Shown one piece after another: positions 42,622 through 56,090 of a DNA stretch of 64,000 nt (positions within the stretch are counted from its first letter, which is position 1; the number at the start of each line of letters is the position of its first letter). The position numbers and the translations under genes were made by a program. Origin of the DNA: Strigamia acuminata (Eukaryota); contig OX442314.1 in the NCBI GenBank assembly GCA_949358305.1, positions 28,396,001 through 28,460,000 of the forward strand, written 5' to 3'. The notes under the pieces are model-generated. The model was not told the DNA's origin and did not search any database. It was given only the letters and a program-made list of their open reading frames with translations.

Positions 42622-45600
42622 TTACACAAATTCGTTGGTGCCTGGATTTGTAAGCGGCTCTAAAGTCTAAAATTATAATCAATAAAATCATTACAAACAC
42701 CATAATTTTATGCATAAAAATAAATTTTTCATACAAAAAATTAAAAAAAAAAAATTTTTTTTTACACTTTTTACACTTACAATGCAAAAAAATTAATTTT
42801 TTACACTTAAAATCTAAAATAATAGATTTTTTTTTTTACATTTAAAATCTAAAATAATGGATTTTCTCTTTGGTTAAATGGTTAACCGTTTAATTGCCGT
42901 CCAATTACTTAGCCCGGTATCTTGATGCTAAATTCGTACTGCACATCCCATTCTGCGCAGACGATTTTCTAATTCCAGTTGTTATTTAGCAGTATTGAGC
43001 CTAACATTAGGCCTAACAATGCGAAAATAAAGTAAATAAACAACAATATTTTGGTACTACGCTGAAAATTACTTTTATTAAAGAGTTTATTGTTGTTTAT
43101 TTACTTTATTTTAGCATTATTAGGCCTAACATTAGGCTTATAATACTGCTAAATAACTGGAATTAGAAAATCGTCTGCGCAGAATGAGATGCGCGAACTG
43201 TAGTTAATTGTTAATTCTCCTCCCGCCCAATCGTCATACGATTAATTGTCACCCGATTATGTCTTTTTTCCTCATAAAAATGAATAAAAAGCCTTAAAAA
43301 TAAAATAAATATGGAAAACAAAGTATCACAACTTTGAATACGTACTTCTTCACTTACCGCTGTGTACGACCTTGTGTTTTGGTACTGGTTTTTCTCGATG
43401 GTGAACTGGTCTTCGGTGGTTTTGCGGTACACTGGGTTATCGAAATTTATACTTTTCACATTTCTCCGTATATATTGCTTGTACACACAAAACGCGACCT
43501 ATCAAACGAAAACAAAAACTCATTGTCAGCCACAATATTCATCCACGAGCTTCACTTTAGTGACACAATTTGACCGCCACACAATTTGCATCGCCAAAGT
43601 GATCGAACCACCTCCGTTTTTATCTTTACCAATGCTCCAGCTAAAGCAAGTCCTCCGATTATACCAATCACAATGCCGGCTATTTTTCCTGAATCTGTAG
43701 CATCACCTATATCACTGAAATTGGCAACATTTGTACTGTTGTTGTTTGTTGTTGATGATGAAGATGATGATGATGATCCATGTGCGTCGGATGTGGCGAG
43801 ACCGGCTGGAAATTTTTATTAAAAAATAGAAATTAGTAGATTAAATAGAGATTCAAATATATTCGTTCACTTCCACTGATGGTTTGGTCGAAGGAGAATT
43901 TATTTTAGTGCAGAATACTCACTGGGGAGAGTGTTTTCTTCATATATCGACTCGGTTACGTTTACATTGGCCGCGGTGTGCGCGGCACAAGTTCGCGCAA
44001 CCAGAACAAGCAGGAGGAGAGTTATCATTGCGCCTTACGTTTACATCGGGGGAGAATGTTTTTGAAAATAAAATGGAGTGGTGTTGGCTCGGTGATGTGG
44101 ATTTGACAAAAGGGTACTAATTGTAGGATTATAGGACACTGCGGATATTCGGTTGTGTCGATAAATACTTAAGTCTTGACCGGGAGTGAGTGATTGATGA
44201 TAACCGCGCACTTGAGTTATTTTAGATTTTTGGAAATTTGGTACAAATTATTAATTTTAGTTAATTTATTTTATCACGGTAGTTAGATAGAATTATGTTT
44301 TCATTTAGTTTTATTTGTGTTTATCTATTAAAGAGGATCTGGTTTTGGATATTCCACCTTTTCCAGACAACCGAATAACTCATCCTGGAATGATTACTCG
44401 ATTACTGAACCGTTGTATGGCATTTGCCATAGCTTAGTTGTTTGTTTGTGTATTTAAACGTACAATAAATCAAAAATATGTGACTATAGATATCACATTA
44501 CAAGATTTAAAATTATTAATCAAACGTAATTTTGCCTTTGTTTCTCGGTACGAAATATTCATATGGAATTTGTTAGAAATAAATTCAATTTTTTCCAACA
44601 GAAATGGCAGGAAACCACACCACATTGCTCAATTTCCTACACTATGATTACTAATAATCATACACAAATATTGAACACATGACATGAATAAAGTGAATTC
44701 ATTTCTTAAAAAAAACAACACAGAAATTCCTATTATAATTCTGTTTCGTGTGCAACAAAAAATTGCAAATTCATTGCCTTTGCCTGGATTTAACACAGCA
44801 ATTAATTTAGGCAGCAATTTCTACAACATTTTATTTGTAGTGGATTTTCACTCAATTTGATTGATTTCTATATAATAGCTTTATTGGATTTGCCACAACT
44901 GTGGTAAATTTGTCAGATTTGCTAATGGATTTGTTGACAGGGGCAGATCTATGGTCTGTATAGCCATTATCGCAGCTTTTTTTTCTTGCCCTATTTGTCC
45001 ACATCAAATAAACGTTTTTGAATTCAATGCCCCATCACCGCTTGGGGTGTTACTCCCAGTGGCGGGCCCACCGTGGCCCGTCCCTGGCCCACCGTAGCCT
45101 GACCCTGTGGCCCGACAAATCCAGATTTCCCGATACTAAATTTGTACCCAGTCCAGCCCTGAGCTAGAGAGACCTGAAGATTTTTATATGCTTCTTTCTT
45201 AGCCACCATTTTGACTACAGTAGTCATTGTACTTCAGTTATCATGGAGAAATGGACGGCACAACATCGCACACCAATTTCACTAGCAATAACCACCAATT
45301 ACCTACAAACCCTAGAAAAATCTAAAAATCTTACCAGCCATGAGACATGTTTGTCCATTGTCTTGCAGTTCAAAACCATCTGGACAAGCGCAAGTGAAGA
45401 GTGGTGAGCGGTTATTAATTTTTGGAGCGGGAAGACAAAAATGTGAACACATTCCATTGGTTGGACTGCAGTAATTTTCACCTGAAAAAAAAAAAACATG
45501 CTTGCAGCCATTGTACCATTGTTGTGGTAATATCTCACCTTCCGGTTGCTTGTACGGATGGTAAACGTGTATTCCCATTGGAGAATAAACCCGGCTGGCC

Positions 45601-48600
45601 ACTTCGCTCAATTGTTCTCCATTGAATTTTTTGGCCTTCATTATAGTTTCATGCTCCCAATCTGTCCAATACATCCAGTCCTCAAAGACGGCAATAAAAA
45701 AGGGATGTTTGACAACCGACAGTTTGGACAGAATTACATGACGGCTACTTCCATCAAAGTCACAGCTAGAAATGGAGTACATTTTTGCGTCGGTCCAAAA
45801 CAATCTTTTCCCAACAAAATCTACAATAAAAAAACAACACACAGTGAATAAATACTTTGTGGAACCTAAACTCCATTTCTACATGCAGACTAGACGCTCC
45901 CTAGGGGCCGTCCATAAATTACGTAACGCTGATTTTTCAATTTTTAGACCCCCTCCCCCCCCCTGTAAGAAGGTCGTAACAAATCCACAAACCCCCCCTA
46001 GAATATTACGTAACAAAACTTAAGAACTTTGAAAACGGATTAAAACAAGAAACTTATTTACCTATAGCAATACCATTAGGCCACCGAATATCAGTTGTAA
46101 TTATACTTTTTCTATGCGTTCCATCCATTCCGCACCTTTCAATTTTTGGAATTAGCCCCCAATCAGTCCAAAACATCCACCTGCAATCACATTTCACGTA
46201 TAAATAAGATTAAACAATGTCAAAACAGCAATTGTACCCGTCTAAAGGATTCACTGCAATTCCTCTTGGTTCTTCAAGTCCTTCGCTAATCAGAGTCTTT
46301 CTTATTCGCCTGTCGATATCAACTACTTCTATTGTATCCTTGCCAGTGTCAGTCCAATAAATATGAGAATAAATCCAATCCACAGCCAGTGCATCTGGAG
46401 TTATTAAATCCTTATCCACAATAGTTGTAATGGGTTCTCCACCATCCAGCGGCGAACTGTTTATCGTTTCTTCGGCAACATCCGTCCAAAAGACATTACC
46501 CGTGCGAAACATGAAATCCACCCCGATAGCACCACGCAAGTTTCCAACTATAGTTTTGTATTCGCGAGTTTCAAGATCTATTTTCCTTATGTCGTGCCGA
46601 TTAGCGAATAAGAGAGCGACGTGGCCTTCTTTCGCTTTGCAACGATGCGGATTGTAGGGTTCGGCGACATAACCGTCAACGCATTCGCATTTGTAACTAC
46701 CTTTGAGGTTGGTGCACAGTTGAGAACATGTACCAAATTCTTCACATTCATTGATGTCTGAAAATCAAATTTCTTGGTTGAAAACGGGAAAATACGGCGT
46801 TAATTCAGTGTCGTGGACTGCCAGATAATTTTTATTATCTGCCAGTCTTCGAAAGATTGTTGATGTCTAAAGATTGTTAAGAATAAATAATAAGATCATA
46901 GTTACCGTCACATGTTTTATTGTCAACCAGTTGGTATCCCGGATTGCAATTGCAGTAATAGCCACCCACTGTGTTAATGCAAAGTTGTGAGCAGCCACCA
47001 TTGTTTTGTTCACATTCATTAACACCTAGAAATGTATTGATGTCCATTAGACAATTGTGAAGCATTTAAAAAGAATCAAACCTACCACATTTAGTCTTTG
47101 CCTCGTCCTCCCAATCACCACAATCATTTACCCCATCACATGCTTTTATTATTGGTATACATGTATTGCTGCCACAATCGAAATGCTTCGAAGGATCACA
47201 AGATGCGTGGAAGATTCCTATCACGCAACAAAAAGTGATTTAATTTGTTGGATTTAGACTGAATGTCCACGAAGGGTGTAAGACAATACAAGCCGCGATC
47301 TGGAGAGCCCATTCTTGAGGACCCAACCTTGCATTTGCACTGAAAACTTCCATGCGCAAATATTAATAATTATATTATTAAATTTTCAAAACTCATAAAA
47401 AATATTATACTGGCAAAAAAAAATCAAATTTATATACATAATCCTAATCAAATACCATAATATTGAAACAAAAATGTTAGTGGCTCTCTAAAAACTGGAA
47501 AATTTTGTAAATTGTAACTTTTGGCTCTTCCGTTTCAAAAGTTTGCCGACCCCTGGACTAGATCGTCGAAATTCGCGAGAACTGTTAAACTTACCACAAT
47601 CTTCTTCGTCCGATGCATCTAAACATTCGACTTTCCCATTACATTGCAAGTGCCCTGGAATGCAACTGTTGTCGCGGCACCGGAACTGGTCATCTCGACA
47701 CTTCTTCGTACCTAGAAGACAGTGAAAAAAAATAATTCAAAATGAATTAAATTAATTTTCACTCCGAATTATTTGCAACTTACAGTTCACTTCGTCCGAT
47801 TTATCGGGGCAATCACCATCGCCGTCGCATTTCCAGTTGGCGTGCACACAATCCACACCATTAGCGCACAGAAATTCCCTTTCTGTGCACTGCGACGGCG
47901 CAGTCGTGTTGCCACAATCCCGTTCGTCCGAACCGTCCGCGCAGTCGTTCTCACCGTCGCATCGCCATCGGTCCGGCAAACAACGATTATCGTTGTTTTC
48001 GCACACGAATTCCGATTCGGAACAAGTGGCTGGCGCTAAAATATATATATATATATATATTTTAGGGTTGTATTTATTAGCACACTATTTATTCTTTATT
48101 TTTCACTAAAAGTGATTTTATTCCACACTACGTTTTTCCGCACTATTTTTACTTATTTCCACACAGCAGATTACTTTTTTCCACACTGCAGATTACTTAA
48201 TGCCACACTAAAGTTTTAAGTTATACCAACAATGCCTTCTGGACTTTAGAAGGCCTACCACGTTAATAATAATAATTAAAAGCCTTTCGTACGGCAAGTG
48301 GTTTCGTCGCTGGCATCGCCGCAGTCGTCGTCGCCGTCGCAAACCCATCGCGTCGTAATGCATTTATCATTGATGCACGTAAACTCCTCCGCAGTGCACG
48401 TCATGTGCTCTGAAATAATCGAAAATGTAGAAAAACGTTTAAATTAAAAATATATTTAAAAAACTACTGCAATTTTCTTCGTCCGAGCCATCCGCGCAGT
48501 CTATTTGCTGATCGCATCGCCATGCGTTTGGAATACAACTTCCGCTTGAATTAACGCAGACAAACTCATCCGTCCTGCATGTTTTCAAATCTGTTTCATA

Positions 48601-50000
48601 AATAACAAAAAAAAAAATTAAAAAATAAAATAAAATAAAATAAATGCAACAGAATTACAACAAGAAAAAGAAATTAACGTTTTAATTTATTCGAAATGTT
48701 TCTGTATAAATAGCAAACAACACAACACCGTATTTGGAGCGCGTCCAAAATTGATCTTAAAGGAACAAGAAACAGCCTGAAGCAAGCATACTTCCTGTCT
48801 GGAGATGAGTATTGGTTCAATGGTTCAAGCACCAACACAAAAAAGAAGAAAAGCAACAACAACAACAAAATGAAACAAGAAAAATCCATTGCCACTAAAA
48901 AAAAATAGAAAATAATTGCAACTTTTTTATTTTCTGCATTCATTCTTTACTTATTTATTTGTTTATTTTATCAAACAACATCAGACAACATCACTCATTT
49001 TCCCACTGTAGGAGAAAAAAGGTCAACTCTTGCACCAGGTGGCACCATTAGTTATTCTACTGTAAACCCAACACCGCCATCCTTTGCCATAACGGCCAGA
49101 TTTAGGTAATGCGGGCCCTGTACACATATGGGGCCTACGGTGCAGCTCCTTTAGCCTAATTGTGATAGGGATCTAGGCCCCCGCTGTCGTAGGAGGCATT
49201 TTCCTGCGAGAACTGCGAGAACCTATAAATCCGTCTCTGTTTTCTGAAAATGAAAACACTACACAGTTTGCGGCACGTACTTTTCCCTTACAATTATGAC
49301 ATATTTTACACTATATTTAGCGTAAGGTAAAAGTGTTAAAGTTTGGGTTGCGGTTGAAATTTCATGTGATAGTTATAAAATTAGACTTAACCTTATACAT
49401 GTCACGTGATTACCGAAACTAGTATTGTCTTGTTAGCATAAAAAGAGAGAATTCTTATTTTTAAATGTTTTAATACATTGCTGCAACTTTATAATTGTGA
49501 ATTTAAATGAATTCAAAGCAGAAAGAATTAGATAAACCGTAACATGTGCTCCGCGCATGAATGAAACGGAGAATTCAAAATGGCGACAAAAGAGATCATT
49601 GATAATCCAAATTTTTAGTCAGTGACGTAAATAGCGGAAAACTACCGGATTGGCTACGCTATTTTCAGAAATAGTGTAAGCTCCGGTGGAGTTATAAGTT
49701 TTCCACTATACTTATAGGCATAACGGGGGTTTTTATAAGGGAAAAGTACCTGCCGCAAACTGCGTACTCTAGTTTTCGTGCTACATTTAAAATTGATTGA
49801 TTTTATGTCCATCTATTCAACATTCTTGATCAAACATTCATTTAAATTTTTTTTTAAAAAAAATGTAAATAAATTACCACATATTTCAGCTTCTTCGTCA
49901 GACCGATCACTGCAGTCTGCAGTACCATCACATTGCCATCTCCCTGGAATGCATTGCCCGTTTCTACACACAAAAGCTGTTTCTTGGCAAGTTTTTTGTT
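42622..50000 (-). CDS. Lipophorin receptor / VLDLR-like LDL-receptor family gene, 5'-incomplete
   Basis: Seven LDL-A repeats (49878-50000, ~48470-48590, ~48290-48410, two in 47780-48036, ~47593-47711, ~47085-47217), EGF repeats, YWTD propeller (FWTD, YWTD), third EGF, Ser/Thr region, [16 protein letters not shown] motif, last exon 42622-42666 [14 protein letters not shown]. No signal-peptide exon located. Confidence 0.93.
42944..43191. mobile_element. Palindromic MITE in the last receptor intron
   Basis: CATCCCATTCTGCGCAGACGATTTTCTAATTCCAGTT ... AACTGGAATTAGAAAATCGTCTGCGCAGAATGAGATG, near-full-length foldback. Confidence 0.75.
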
Positions 50001-50623
50001 CTGAAAGGAAGGAAAAAATAGATAAAACAAACAGAAACGGCAAATTTTTATTCAAAGTCATTTCTTTTTAATTTACAACCCCGTGAAAGATTTTTTCAAG
50101 CGAAAAGCAAATGACTGTTTTATACAAACTGGGAGCAATCCATAAGTTTTTACTTCTCTATTCGAAAAAAAAACAAACCCATTAGGAGTCCCCCAACAAA
50201 CAAAAATTGACGTGAAAATGCACTAAAGATTTAAAAGCAAACTCTTTTGACAACTCTTCGTTCAGTTCCTTTCTCTTCGTGAAATCAATAGCTCTTTTGT
50301 CACATTTGAAAAGCTTGATACTTTAATATAGAAGACAAGAAAGTAGTATAGAACTTTTCTGAAAAGGCGATTACGTATTGTAAAATTGGAATTGAGAATG
50401 TAATATCTATATAGAACAGGCAGAAGGACTTTGGGGGAGTAAAGACATAACTTAATAATGTTATTCTACAAAAAAGAAACACACAGGTATCTAAAGCCTT
50501 TTCGCTCTTTTTTTCAGCCAGAGGTTTGAGAGCGGGAACTAGACCATGGATTTTCTCTAATCACAGTGTCATCGTTATCGTTATTTAGCTCCAAAAGTAA
50601 CTACCATATTTCTTTGATTCTAA

Positions 50624-50980
50624 AGGCTCGTTTACATTGTTGCGAAATTTAGCAAGCGAAATGGTCACGCCCAAAAATTCACATGAAAAAATTTGCTTCT
50701 CATGTTCTCAATGAAGCAAAGAGAAGTGATGAAGTGAAGTCTCGTTTCACTTGTCCAACGTGGTGCTGCCATTTTGAATCAATTGTGAAGTTGGCGACGA
50801 CATACGCTATCTCGCCTGTCATTGGCCAACGCGTGCAAACTTTCCAAGCGAAGCGAAAAAGTAGACTTCAAGTCTACTCTGAAATTTTGCGTGCGAAGGG
50901 TTGCCACACGAACTTTCACGCGCGAAATTGTCGCGTTCGCATCAATTCGAACGCAATTTCGCAACAATGTAAACGAGCCT
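50624..50980. mobile_element. PIF/Harbinger-like MITE
   Basis: AGGCTCGTTTACATTGTTGCGAAATT ... AATTTCGCAACAATGTAAACGAGCCT, with TAA on both sides. Confidence 0.85.
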
Positions 50981-51699
50981 TAAGATGCACTTTTTTCTCC
51001 ATACGTAAATGAGGCGAGTCTTAGAATAGAGGGTTTGCGGACATGCCTTTTTCCTTATAACCATATGTTATGTTCTTAAACTGGAGAGCATTCATGACGT
51101 CACTTCATCCCAACAATGCCTACTCCTATCGCAAGCTGGACGCCATTTGCAGTGCACAGTCCAATAGTATTTAGGTCGGTGGTCTTACAGTCGAAAGCGT
51201 CATAGAGTCGAAGAAATACGATAGTGTGTTACTGTATGGCCTATGCACAGTACTGAGCTGCCCTTCTACAACATTCTTGTTAGAAATAGTACAATTTTTA
51301 TTTGTTGTCATATTATCTCTCTGGAGGGCGCCACTAGTTCTTTCAGAGTTGTGAGGTCACTGTATACTGTGTTCCTTGTGTGTGCCCTGATGTATGGTAA
51401 AACTAGAACTTATGTGACTTAAATCAGTTCATCTGTTTTGGTTCAACTGGTTAGTACTTTTATATATTTAGACACACTGCATTTTTGCTATCATCTAACA
51501 ACTCTGCGCCACACTTTCGGTTGGAACCACTCCTACCCCCCTCCGCTAAAGAAGTTTCACTTCCAAAATGCAAAGAAACCATCAATCACTTGGCAGTCAG
51601 TAGTCAGTACACAGTGCAGCAAATCTCACTTCTCATTCGTTGCACCTGTGGCTACGTTGAAAAATACGTTGCCCAACTGCGCTAGACATCGACAGAATA

Positions 51700-51810
51700 A
51701 GAACGGCCCACCGTTCGGATCACCTGTTCCCATTAGAACACAGAAGTAAAGCAGCATTTGGTCTGATCTAGTACATGAATGGGTGACCAGTTATAGGAAT
51801 CTGACTTGTT
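51700..51810 (+). pseudogene. Degenerate 5S rRNA-derived sequence (pseudogene or SINE3 head)
   Basis: CACCTGTTCCCATTAGAACACAGAAGTAAAGC...TAGTACATGAATGGGTGACC resembles 5S box A (GAAGTTAAGC) and box C (TGGATGGGTGACC), with many mismatches. Confidence 0.65.
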
Positions 51811-51991
51811 TCTCATCCTCAGGGCAGAATTTAAGTATATTGTGGGGCCGCTAAGCACAAAATTCGCCTCAAACCTAGATTTTCTGTGGTTTCACCAATT
51901 CTCAATGCAAATGCCACCTCAGATCCTAGTAAAAGTCGTCCCACAGAATGATAAATCCTAGAACATTATACAGCCCGCATTTATTTTTTTC

Positions 51992-52173
51992 TACAGTGAC
52001 ACTACCGATCATCCGCCCATTACCGATCGACACCGCTGCACCAAGCGTAACAATTCTTTTCCTACTCGCAAGGCACGACACAAAAATGAGTGCGAAAAGG
52101 GCGTTGATCGCTTACAATGTCTGGTGGAACAGTGGCGATCGGCAATTGGCAGATGATCGGTAGTGTCGCTGTA
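51992..52173. mobile_element. Tc1/mariner-like MITE
   Basis: TA-CAGTGACACTACCGATCATC ... GATGATCGGTAGTGTCGCTG-TA. Confidence 0.75.
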
Positions 52174-52384
52174 AAAAAAAATATATGCATGCAGCCCATG
52201 GGTATAGATTGAGACTTTGAGTCGACTTTCACGATAGAAGAAGGCTGCATCTTTTGGATGTTATCGGGGTCTTGCAACCAGCTCTTTTCTTATGAATAAA
52301 TATGAGTAACGCTTGGATGCAATACATTCACCTCTACCTGGCTTTCGAAGCATCTCTTTTCTTACTCTAACATTCGGCAGCACT

Positions 52385-53845
52385 GGGATGGGATACTTGG
52401 GTCGAAATGTAATAAGGTCGAAACAGAATTTCGACCTTAGTCATTTCGACCCTCGTCATTTCAAGAGAAGTAATTTCGACCTTATTCATGAATAAGGTAA
52501 ATAAAGGATTTCGACCTTAGTCATTTCGACCTTATTCATGAATAAGGTAGAAACAGGATTTCGACCTTATTCATTTCGACCCTAGTCATTTCTGTATATG
52601 TAATTTCGACCTTATTCATGAATAAGGTCAAAACACAAAATTTTTATATGAATAAGGTCGAAACTCAAAAACACAAAATTTTTATATGAATAATGTCGAA
52701 ACTCAAAAACTTTCAAACACGAGAATTTCACACGATAATCTCGTGTCTTCTCTCGTTCTGTAATAACATAAAAAATGTTTTTTATCACATGTTTTTGTAT
52801 TTTCAGGAAACCAGAGCTTCTAGAACTAACCTTTTCTCATATTCTCATTTATTATGTAAATAAGTAATAAAATAACTTCATTTTAGCCTAAATAAATTTG
52901 TTTTCATTTTGATTTTGATTTCATTTTTTTTTGGAACGGTAATTGGCACTATAAACTGAGTTACTACTGGTAACACACTGGCCTGATCAAGTAATAGAAA
53001 AAACACGGCCCAAAACACCGTATCTATTAGAAAATGCGCGCCGGCAGGCTGCTTAGCGCATTTACCCGGTGCTTCACTGCAGCACATTGATGCCATTTTT
53101 TTTCGGTTTTTCACCGTTTTTTATGCTTTTCAAGTGGTTTTAACTCGTTTTTATCATTTTTTTTTATGATTTCTTAGGGTTTTTTTCATTTTTAAATCGA
53201 TTTTTACAGTTTTTAATGTTTTTTTCCCATTTTTTTTCGGTTTTTTGGTGATTTTTCAGGGTTTTTTTAAGTTTTAATCGGTTTTTCATAGTTTTTAATA
53301 TTTTATTTGGTTTTAATCGGTGTTTTATGATCTTTTACGTGTTTTTCCAGTTTTTATAGAGTTTCTTACTATTTTTTACGTGTGTTTTTAGAAAAAACAT
53401 TTTTTATGTTATTACAGAACGAGAGAAGACACGAGATTATCGTGTGAAATTCTCGTGTTTTGAGTTTTTGAGTTTCGACCTTATTCATATAAAAATTTTG
53501 TGTTTTTGAGTTTCGACCTTATTCATATAAAAATTTTGTGTTTTTTGAGTTTCGACCTTATTCATATAAAAATTTTGAGTTTCGACCTTATTCATATAAA
53601 AATTTTGAGTTTCGACCTTATTCATGAATAAGATAAAAAAAAAGGATTTCGACCTTAGTCATTTCGACCTTATTCATGAATAAGGTAGAAACAGGATTTC
53701 GACCTTATTCATTTCGACCTTAGTCATTTCTGTATAAGTAATTTCGACTTTAATCATTTCGACCTTAGTTACACAAGACTAAGAAAATATTTTATGAAAA
53801 GGAATAATTTCGACCTTAGTTATTTCGACCTTAGTATGAAATCCC
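52385..53845. mobile_element. Non-autonomous Mutator-like (foldback) element, 1461 bp
   Basis: 9-bp TSD GGCAGCACT (52376-52384, 53846-53854); GGGAT...ATCCC termini; arrays of ATTTCGACCTTA and a long internal inverted repeat (~52630-52790 vs ~53390-53610). Confidence 0.85.
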
Positions 53846-53853
53846 GGCAGCAC

Positions 53854-54276
53854 TATACTCTTGTTCGACTCAAAAGGGTGGCCTTCTCCCATTGGCCAAG
53901 CCGTATCACTGGTGTAGTGATCCAAAAATATAGACCCAAACACCAGAACTGCATTACAATGTACAGACATTGTAATCGATTGCCTAGGTAACAGCCAAAA
54001 TTTCAAAATATTGTGCTTTCCAGACAAAGCAACCAATAAACGGAACAAACATGAGTTTTACATTTATTTGTGCATAAAACTTCATTTCCTAAATGGAAAT
54101 AACATTTTATAATAAAATACAATTAAAACTATATCAACTTAAATGGTAATAGCAATCACAAAACATAATAAAAATAAAAACTACTTCTCCTAGTGGTAGT
54201 AATACAGACCGGAGATAGGAGTAATGCGGCTCGGCCAACGGGAGAAGGCCACTCTTTTGAGTCGAACAAGAGTATA
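53854..54276. mobile_element. MITE, TA-flanked; another copy starts at 63972
   Basis: TATACTCTTGTTCGACTCAAAAGGGTGGCCTTCTCCC ... GGGAGAAGGCCACTCTTTTGAGTCGAACAAGAGTATA. Confidence 0.8.
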
Positions 54277-55374
54277 TTCTCAAACATTTTTGGCTCCGGA
54301 ACCCTTTACAAGTGTATAAATCTTCCCAGAACCCCGGTGGCCTCTCCTGATTGTATGTGTTGTAGCCATCGACGTCGAGAAACCTCTGCGCTACAGCTTG
54401 AAACTTTGGAACTTAGCAAACTTGGTCCACCTTGATCAAAAGAAAGCCATTCTAAGCAGATTACTGCAGATTGGAAAAGCTCAAAGGGCTCGCTGCGCTA
54501 AAAACATGAAAAATGATGATGACCTACAGGAAGCCCAAACCACCTTTCTCCCTTGTTTAAAAACTAAAAAACCATTACAATTCACACAACCAACCAACTA
54601 AACTAGATCAAAATTGTAATAACTCTCTGTCTTCTTGGAAGCAAATTTACTGCACATCCTTCCATCCATCACACCAACTTATTAACCCCTTGACACCCTC
54701 TTGAAATGTCTTACAACTTAATTGCACACCTTCAGCTTATACACACACTAAGTACAAAGAAGAAGAGAGAAGGAAAAAAAAGACAGACAGAGGGGTGTTG
54801 CTCTTAAAGATACCCCCTCTGGTGGCGTTTTTATCCACTGTAGAAGAATGTGGGCTGATATATTGTACACTTGTAGATCTCTATCACACTAGAATTCATG
54901 GAAATTTAATATTTTATCACCCGGTGTTACTAACACTGCCACTGATCTAATGTTTTCTCTTTTTTTGGTTTAACATCTGATAAAATAAAGGGATCAATTC
55001 TAAGTGACAACGACAGTTTAAAAAAAAAAGATGTACAAGTTAAGCTGGTACCAGTTCTGTGACCCCGCTTGTTCTTGTGGTCATTGATAGCGCTTCGGCT
55101 GGTGAGTATTTTGAACTTTTGTTGCGATTACGATTATTTGAGTAATTGACTGCATTTATTTCGGTTCTTTTTGTTGGTTTAGGCGAAGTTTAAGTATTTG
55201 GGAAAGAAATTTGAAGACAGCTATTGTAGGTCGATAGTTAGGGGCGGGGATTAAGTCTTTGGGGGGGCCCAGAGAACTTGTAATTACGATCAGGGGGGCC
55301 CGTGGATGCATTAAGAAATGGGTAAATGACATCTTCACAATATTTTGGCCGAATAATGCTTCTCTAGCAAAAAA

Positions 55375-56090
55375 AAGTGCATTTTTATGAGAAAGATTCA
55401 TTTTGAGGTGAAAAAATTGCATTTTCACACAAAAACAGGCATTTTTGGTTTGAAAAGATGCATTTTTGGTTCGAAAAGATGCATTTTTTGTTTGAAAAGA
55501 TGTATTTTTGGTTTAAAAAGATGCATTTTTGGTTTGAAAAGATGCATTTTTGGTTTGAAAACATGTATTTTTGGTTTGAAAAGATGCATTTTTGGTTTAA
55601 AAAGATGCATTTTTGGTTTGAAAAGATGCATTTTTGGTTTGAAAAGATGCATTTTTGGTTTGAAAACATGTATTTTTTGTTTGAAAACATGCATTTTTGT
55701 TTGAAAACATGCATTTTTGTTTGAAAACATGCATTTTTGTTTGAAAACATGCATTTTTGTTTGAAAACATGCATTTTTGTTTGAAAACATGCATTTTTGT
55801 TTAAAAACGTGCGTTTTAAATCAAAACATGCATTTTTGGTTGGAAAACAAGTATTTTTTGGTGAAAAACAAGTATTTTTTGGTGATAAACAGGTATTTTT
55901 TGGTGAAAAACAAGTATTTTTTGGTGAAAAACAAGTATTTTTTGGTGAAAAACAAGTATTTTTTGGTGAAAAACAAGTATTTTTTGGTGAAAAACAAGTA
56001 TTTTTTGGTGATAAACAGGTATTTTTTGGTGAAAAACAAGTATTTTTTGGTGAAAAACGTGCATTTTTATGTGACAAAAATGCATTTTAT
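55375..56090. repeat. Minisatellite array, 20-21-bp units in three variant blocks
   Basis: TTTTTGGTTTGAAAAGATGCA, TTTTTGTTTGAAAACATGCA and TTTTTTGGTGAAAAACAAGTA repeats. Confidence 0.95.

Noticed and set aside
43872..44120. Extra O-glycosylation exon of the receptor
   Set aside because: The frame tested from the apparent acceptor hit a stop before a convincing donor.
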